Shown here piece by piece: positions 41,091 to 46,934 of a DNA stretch of 46,934 nt. The notes beneath the pieces are model-generated. The model was given only the letters and a program-made list of their open reading frames with translations, was not told the origin of the DNA and made no database searches. A program made the position numbers and the translations under genes. Source of the stretch: Craspedostauros australis (taxonomy: Eukaryota); assembly GCA_030167865.1 (NCBI GenBank), contig JALAGF010000903.1:1-46934 (forward strand). Reading direction: 5' to 3'. The number at the start of each line of letters is the position of its first letter. The stretch's first letter is position 1.

Positions 41091-44000
41091 CTACTTCATC
41101 GCATTGCGTACCCTTGTGAAGTACTTCCGTTTCTCCAATGATGCCCGCAGATCCTTGATGATGGTCATATTCGATGGCATTGGCTTCTGCCAGACGTGGT
41201 CAGCTCCAGCCTCGAAGAACTGCGTGCTAATATCGTTTCCAGAGCAACCGATGATGACGGAATCGATGCCAATCCGCCGCATCGCGAATACGACGTCGGT
41301 CCCCACCATAACGCCGCCCGCATCTTCCATGAATTGATCCACTACGAGGACGTCGAATCGTCTGTCGCCGCACGTCGTCAACGCTTCTTCGCCAGTCTCG
41401 GCCTCTGCGATGACAGAATTCGGCGCGATTCCCTTCTTGATGCGTCGTTTCAGCATGGATCGATTCATCTTGATGTCGTCGATGATGAGGAAGGAGACAG
41501 GTTCCTCGATCAACGCCGTGCTCTCCTCGATGGTGGTTTCGGGAGCATCGCACAACGGCAATGGCATCCTGACGATGCACGTTGTGCCTGCGCGCACCGT
41601 GGGATCGCTCTCAAAGTGAATGGACCCCATGGTAAGATCGACAAGGTGCTTAGCGATGGCCAAGCCCAGACCGGTGCCAGGCGCGCCGCCGCGTTGCACG
41701 AAGCGCTGGAACAGGATCTTTTGAGCGCTCTTGGGGATGCCGGGACCCGTGTCGATGCATTCGAATCTAACTTCCTTGCCTTCCCAACCAACCCGTAACG
41801 TGATGGAGCCCTTCACCGTGTACTTGATGGCATTGGTCACCACATTCGTCATGACCTGTTGGATGCGATGGGCATCGCCGAGCACCCAGTCGTTGCGCTT
41901 TTCGGTCGTGCAAACCTTGAGGAATTGCACACCGGTTCGCACGGACGGCAGCAGCATCTTGTGCACGCCGTCGAGGATTTTGCGCAGTGAGATGGGCGTC
42001 TTGCTGAGACGCATCTTCCCCTCTTCCATCTTGCGCACGTCCAGAAGGTTGTTCATGATCGATGACATGAAGCCTGTGCAGAGCTGCATGCCAGAGATTA
42101 AGGATTTGGCGGTCTCCGGCAGATCGTCGGGCATGGCGTTCAGTGCGCTGTCGATGGCGCCCAACGGATTTCGCAATTCGTGGGCAAAGTACGCTGTCAT
42201 GTTGCGCTCGGTCTCCACCTTGGCCTCTTGCGATGCTCGCATGTACTGCATTTCTCGCAGCGCCTGCGCATGCTTGCGATCCTCGGTGACGTCCTGCGCC
42301 ACTCCCACCACGCCGACGACTCGGTTTTCAGGATCGCGTCGCGTGGTCGCATTGACCAGCAGGAAGCGGGGTTCGCCATCCTTCGAGACGAATTCTAGCT
42401 CGTAATTCGACGTCTCCTTCCCTTCCAACGCGGCATCCAATATTTCCTGCACCTTCTCTCTCATCGGCTCCGCGATGAACTTGTCGACCAACGGCTCATC
42501 GAAGGCATTCTCCTTGGAGTACCCCGTGATCTCCGAAGTGCGCCGGTTCCATTCGTTGACGTTGCCATCGATGTCGATGCCAAATATGGGAGCATTCGCC
42601 GTGTCGATGAGCTGCCGCAGCTCGGATGCCATCCCCGCGACGGCGCGGTCGCGCTGCACGGCCTCCGTCACATCCTGCGCCACCCCGACCACACCCACCA
42701 CGTTGTTGTCAGCATCACGGCGTGTGGTGGCATTGACGAGCAGATGGCGGATCTCGTTGGTCTTGGTGCGGAATTCCAGCTCGTAGTTCGACGTCCCGCG
42801 GCCTTGCAGGGCGGAGTCCAGCACGTGTTGCACGGATTCCTTCATGTGAGGGACGATGAATTCTTCCACCAACGAACAATCGAAGGCTTCATCCTTGGAA
42901 TACCCGGTGATTTCGGCCGTCTTGTCATTCCATTCGTTGACGTCGCCGTCACAGTCGATCCCGAAAATGGGCGCGTTGGCGGTGTCAATCAGTTGGCGTA
43001 ATTCGTTCGCCATGGAGGCAACGGCGCGATCGTGCTTGCAGGCCTCCGTGATGTCCTGCGCGATCGCCCAAATCCCGATGACGCCGCTGTCCTGGTCCAT
43101 CATATCCCAGGCCGGATCGGCATCACCATCTGCGAATGCATCACTCTCCTTGCGTCGCCGGGGCATGAAATTGACAAGCAGAATCTTGGTCGTTTCGTAC
43201 TTGGTCCAAATCTCCAGCTCCATGTTGGACGTCCCCCGCCCCTCCTGCAAGCAGATGCCGATGACTGATTCCATCGGATTGCGGAAGGACGGATCGACGA
43301 AGGAGTTGAGGAAGGATTCGCCGTAGACGTCCTCTTCCGTGAAACCAGTGATATCTTGCATGGTGTAATTCCAATCCATGATGCAACCTTCGGTGTTCAG
43401 AGAGAAGATCGAAACGTTCGCGGATTCGATGAAATGTTGCAACGATGCGTCAAGGCCGGAGACGTCACCATCGTTGCTCCGACCACCAAATCCACCATCC
43501 TCGCGGGGAAGTGTCAATGGACCGCCACTGGTGTTGTCGGCGTCGGTGTCGACGTCATGGTTATCACCGCTATCACCAATGTCGTCATCGAAATGCATCT
43601 GACGTGACTGTCGTTGATCTTGGTCTTGCTGCGGTCGTTGGAATAGATCCTCTTCCTCGCGTTGCTGCTCCTGCTGTTGCTGCTGCCCCCGCTCCTCCTG
43701 GTGTTGAGATATGGCAGGCGCCGATGCAGGATCCACGACGCAGTATATTTCGTCCGTGTCCGTTTGGGGGACGATCGTGACCATGAAGATCGCGTCGTCT
43801 TCATCATGCAATGACAACTCTATGGGCACGGTTGCAGTTGTGCTGCTGGCGCTGCCGTTGTTAGCATTCTCGATTTGGACTTCCAATTCGTCCATGTTGT
43901 CTTTTCGGAAGCTGTCGATGAAGGATTCGCCCAGGATGTAGTCTTGCGGTGTCTGAAAGAAAGATTCGCAGCATGCATTCCAATACACAATGGTGCCGGA

Positions 44001-45830
44001 CCCTCGATGCACCGCAAAGATAGGGATCTTTGAAGCAACCGACGACAGAAGAAAGGATGAAAATTCTTGGGAGGCACCGTTCGTGCTACTTTTGTTGCTC
44101 GTGTTGCTGCCGACCGTGCGGACGTTGTATGCATCGTCGGCCACGACGTGTGCACTTGTGCCATTGTGACCGCCATAGTTGTGGTTTGCATTTGCGTTGC
44201 CATTGATGTGGATGGCAGCGTTGTTCATGGTGATGCCGCCTTGATTTAACTCTGCTGGCGTCATGTGCGGTGTCGGTTCAGCGTGGCCGTTCATTTGTGA
44301 AGCTGCAGCATTCATCACATGAGGAACGAACGGCGACGTGGCAGTGACTGCGGGATATGCTGGCTGCACGAAGACGAAGCAGCCAGTTCGTCTGCCGTTT
44401 TCATTGTGCCGCATCGAAAGACGCAAAGCGACGGGAACGATTGGTACGTCACCTCTGTTGGTTGTGATCGCAGTGTCCATCCGTTGGTATTTTCCAGTGA
44501 TGTGGAACCTTTGTAACCAGGAATGTACCTTCTGTCGATCTTCCGCGACGATCGAAGTTTGCACGAAGGACATGCCGAGGACGTCATGGTGAGTGTATCC
44601 GGTGAGCTTGGTCATTTGCAGATTCCATTGATCGATCTTGCCCTCCGCAATGATGGAGAGGGAAGGATACGGCAGCAGATCAAGGCACGGCGATGACGTT
44701 GTCTGTGTTGTGGTTGGTGCTGGTGCTGATGTTGCTGCTGGCGTCGGTGTTGTACTCGGTGCGGAATTCGTTCCCGCGTCGTATTTCGTGCTGATATCAG
44801 CGGGATTGCCGGTGGCCGCCGGTGAAGACAATGCTTCCTTTGCGCCATTGGAGCTGCGACTATTTATGTTCGCATGTGAGGTGCAGTGGTCATTTGTGCT
44901 GATCGCAGTCAGACGCGGTGTGATATCGGTGACCATGACGACCCAGGCAGATGGCTGGAGTTGCGAGCATTGGAATATGAAGGTGCGTATGCGGCCATCA
45001 TTGGCGCGGAACTTGAACATCGATTGGCGGCTGTGTTGCTGCTGATCTTGCTGCAAATGAGCAGGTCTGTGAAGCAGATGGTGGAATCGTTGAATATCGT
45101 GCGCGTGGAGAAAGTACCACGAGAGGGGAGTGTTGATGACTTCCGCCGATTCAAATCGTGAAGATGTGGCCATGGACTTGTTCCAGAATTGGATTGTGTA
45201 TGCCACATCGGCGTGAGCACCAGCACTAGCACCAGTACCACCATCAACATTGATGCTGACGGCGTGATCATGACCGGTCTGTCCGTTGCAATGGTCGATG
45301 TGCTCGTTGGCGTTGCTGTTATCATCTGTGGTGCCGTCGATCATGCTGATTTCGTTGGCGTCGTTGGTATCGTTGGTGACAGTCCTAGCGGTGGCGGCGG
45401 TGATGCTGGTATGAGAATCCAGCGAAACGCCGAATGCTGGTATCGAGAGCAGATTGAAACTGTTCCACAAGGGCTGCAGCGCGGCAGGCGCGACTGCAGG
45501 ACCTTGCTGTAGTGGTGTTGATTCGCCAGCGACGATGGTTGGTCCCTCTCCCGCATGGTGATCAGGGGTCATAGTGAGCACAGCACCATCTGCCATTGCA
45601 GTGGCAGCGGCATTGGCTGCGGCTGATTGTGATATCTGCGAAGGTGCGTATTTGTGACCATCCTCCCCATTCTGTTTGCTGACGCTTTGAGGGGCAGGTG
45701 CTTGCTCTGTTGACACAGAGTCATGGTCCAGCGGAAGCTTGTCAACAACCATTGCCACGCATCCGTCTGCCTGCCGTTCAGATGCGACAAGATTCATCGG
45801 ATGATGTACCTCCTGGTCAACCCCGTTCAT
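41091..45830 (-). CDS. Hybrid sensor histidine kinase: ~6 PAS domains + HisKA + HATPase_c + receiver
   Basis: H-box 'YFAHELRNPL', N-box 'NVVTNAIKYT', G1 'DTGPGI', F 'FQRF', G2 'GTGLGLAI', REC 'IIDD...VVDQFM...QKP'; PAS repeats 'LIDTANAPIFGID..G.VNEWN....EITGYS'. First ATG 45830 (1579 aa); the true 5' end may include an upstream exon. Confidence 0.92.
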   Translation of the reverse strand: MNGVDQEVHHPMNLVASERQADGCVAMVVDKLPLDHDSVSTEQAPAPQSVSKQNGEDGHKYAPSQISQSAAANAAATAMADGAVLTMTPDHHAGEGPTIVAGESTPLQQGPAVAPAALQPLWNSFNLLSIPAFGVSLDSHTSITAATARTVTNDTNDANEISMIDGTTDDNSNANEHIDHCNGQTGHDHAVSINVDGGTGASAGAHADVAYTIQFWNKSMATSSRFESAEVINTPLSWYFLHAHDIQRFHHLLHRPAHLQQDQQQHSRQSMFKFRANDGRIRTFIFQCSQLQPSAWVVMVTDITPRLTAISTNDHCTSHANINSRSSNGAKEALSSPAATGNPADISTKYDAGTNSAPSTTPTPAATSAPAPTTTQTTSSPCLDLLPYPSLSIIAEGKIDQWNLQMTKLTGYTHHDVLGMSFVQTSIVAEDRQKVHSWLQRFHITGKYQRMDTAITTNRGDVPIVPVALRLSMRHNENGRRTGCFVFVQPAYPAVTATSPFVPHVMNAAASQMNGHAEPTPHMTPAELNQGGITMNNAAIHINGNANANHNYGGHNGTSAHVVADDAYNVRTVGSNTSNKSSTNGASQEFSSFLLSSVASKIPIFAVHRGSGTIVYWNACCESFFQTPQDYILGESFIDSFRKDNMDELEVQIENANNGSASSTTATVPIELSLHDEDDAIFMVTIVPQTDTDEIYCVVDPASAPAISQHQEERGQQQQQEQQREEEDLFQRPQQDQDQRQSRQMHFDDDIGDSGDNHDVDTDADNTSGGPLTLPREDGGFGGRSNDGDVSGLDASLQHFIESANVSIFSLNTEGCIMDWNYTMQDITGFTEEDVYGESFLNSFVDPSFRNPMESVIGICLQEGRGTSNMELEIWTKYETTKILLVNFMPRRRKESDAFADGDADPAWDMMDQDSGVIGIWAIAQDITEACKHDRAVASMANELRQLIDTANAPIFGIDCDGDVNEWNDKTAEITGYSKDEAFDCSLVEEFIVPHMKESVQHVLDSALQGRGTSNYELEFRTKTNEIRHLLVNATTRRDADNNVVGVVGVAQDVTEAVQRDRAVAGMASELRQLIDTANAPIFGIDIDGNVNEWNRRTSEITGYSKENAFDEPLVDKFIAEPMREKVQEILDAALEGKETSNYELEFVSKDGEPRFLLVNATTRRDPENRVVGVVGVAQDVTEDRKHAQALREMQYMRASQEAKVETERNMTAYFAHELRNPLGAIDSALNAMPDDLPETAKSLISGMQLCTGFMSSIMNNLLDVRKMEEGKMRLSKTPISLRKILDGVHKMLLPSVRTGVQFLKVCTTEKRNDWVLGDAHRIQQVMTNVVTNAIKYTVKGSITLRVGWEGKEVRFECIDTGPGIPKSAQKILFQRFVQRGGAPGTGLGLAIAKHLVDLTMGSIHFESDPTVRAGTTCIVRMPLPLCDAPETTIEESTALIEEPVSFLIIDDIKMNRSMLKRRIKKGIAPNSVIAEAETGEEALTTCGDRRFDVLVVDQFMEDAGGVMVGTDVVFAMRRIGIDSVIIGCSGNDISTQFFEAGADHVWQKPMPSNMTIIKDLRASLEKRKYFTRVRNAMK

Positions 45831-46194
45831 CTCAATCCCCACGAAGGCTTCCTTTGTCGTCGGTATGGCTGGTGAAGCTTCTTGAAGTGATGATCGTACC
45901 CGCACCTACACCTGTACCCGCACCTGAAATGCACGGAATGGGAATAGACTGGACGGATTGGATCAGTCGGAGACCTGAATGGGTAACCTGTCTGCCTGCA
46001 AACCTGCCTGCCAACCTGGGCTACTGCTGACGACGATGGCAAGGAGAGGGCGGAAGCAAGGGCAATAGCCAAGATCCTCTGAGTGCTGCTGTCCCTGTGC
46101 CGTTCCTCGTAGTTATGATTGCGCTCCTGCGTGTGCTTTGTATCAGAGAGCTTGTTGCTGTTGTTGTGGTTGCGGATGCTATTTCAGCGCTTCT

Positions 46195-46266
46195 GTTGTT
46201 GTTGTTATTGCTGTTATTGCTGTCGTTGTTGCTGTCGTTGTTGCTGTCGTTGTTGCTGTCGTTGTC
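46195..46266. repeat. GTT-rich microsatellite with (GTTGTTGCTGTC)n 12-bp units
   Basis: gttgttgttgttattgctgttattgctgtc (gttgttgctgtc)3 gttgtc. Confidence 0.85.
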
Positions 46267-46934
46267 GATCGAGATGTGATTGAAGAGAGCGAGGTGCGGT
46301 TAGAGGAACCTTTGGATGCCGACGTCCTCCTTGAGATCTTTTGTTGACACGTCCTTCAGTTCGTCGGTACCATCCGATGTCTCCTTGTGCGGTGCTGTTG
46401 TGAGCGGTTTCTTGTTTCTTCCTTCCTTTGGTGCCCTCTTCGCAGACAGTGGTGTGTTGTCTGCAGCTGCGCGGGTAGATCGTACAGGTATGACACGATG
46501 CTGGACAGATGCAGATAGGGTTCCTAGTGGTGGTTGTACTACTACTCCGACCGGAAAGGATTCAGCCATCACGCCGACCAGGCGGAAATGTGTCCGCCGG
46601 CCATGCCCAACGGACAAAGCAGCGGTAAAATACAACATTCGTATTAATGTCTCTTATCGTCCAACAGGAAAACTAGATCCGGGTTCTTCCCATCATGTGA
46701 CATCAATCCCGACTTCGGTTTCAGTTCTATCGGTCTTGTAGGGTATGCCTTCATGTCAGTATCTTGTGTTGTCTTGTTAGTCTGTCTGGTAGTTTGTGTG
46801 TGTGTCTGCAAAGCGGTAGTGCTCCTTCATCTTGCGGAAGAGAAGTGCGTGGCGTTGACTTCAGTAGAGTGCGATTGTGCAATGCAGTACTATTGTAGAC
46901 TCTACTACAGTGTCATCATTGTTCGCCATCTATT

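Noticed and set aside
46021-46760. Upstream coding exon of the histidine kinase or a separate gene
   Set aside because: All three minus-strand frames contain stops, and no ATG-led exon could be joined convincingly; the poly-L/V ORFs on + are microsatellite artefacts.
1-46934. Prokaryotic operon, defence island or CRISPR array
   Set aside because: Spliceosomal introns and eukaryote-specific genes are present; there are no regularly spaced repeat-spacer units and no cas-like ORFs.

Overview
Eukaryotic, gene-dense window with short GT-AG introns, most consistent with a diatom or related stramenopile. The evidence is a bipartite signal + 'AFAP' plastid-targeting motif, a DUF6824-like domain and a multi-PAS hybrid histidine kinase. 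No operons, CRISPR arrays, rRNA/tRNA genes or recognisable transposases were seen. Fifteen protein-coding genes are supported: NOM1/Sgd1-like MIF4G-MA3 protein, TRM10, a 3-exon plastid-targeted protein with five helicase-associated (HA)-like repeats, an FG-GAP-like beta-propeller membrane protein, GPN2, a coiled-coil protein, a SpoU/TrmH methyltransferase, a 2-exon double-PH protein, a low-complexity hypothetical protein, a cytochrome P450, an RI-like LRR protein, PIG-Q/Gpi1, a 2-exon threonine synthase, a DUF6824-like protein and a six-PAS hybrid histidine kinase. The most notable unexplained signals are: (1) a ~145-nt three-way-junction RNA-like fold at 17966-18110; (2) the plastid-directed HA-repeat protein; (3) a DUF6824-like domain paired with a GCN4-type leucine zipper; (4) an ATG-less organelle-targeting-like extension of TRM10; (5) a cluster of seven YAG|GT motifs upstream of the kinase. 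All family assignments are by motif recognition; no searches were run.
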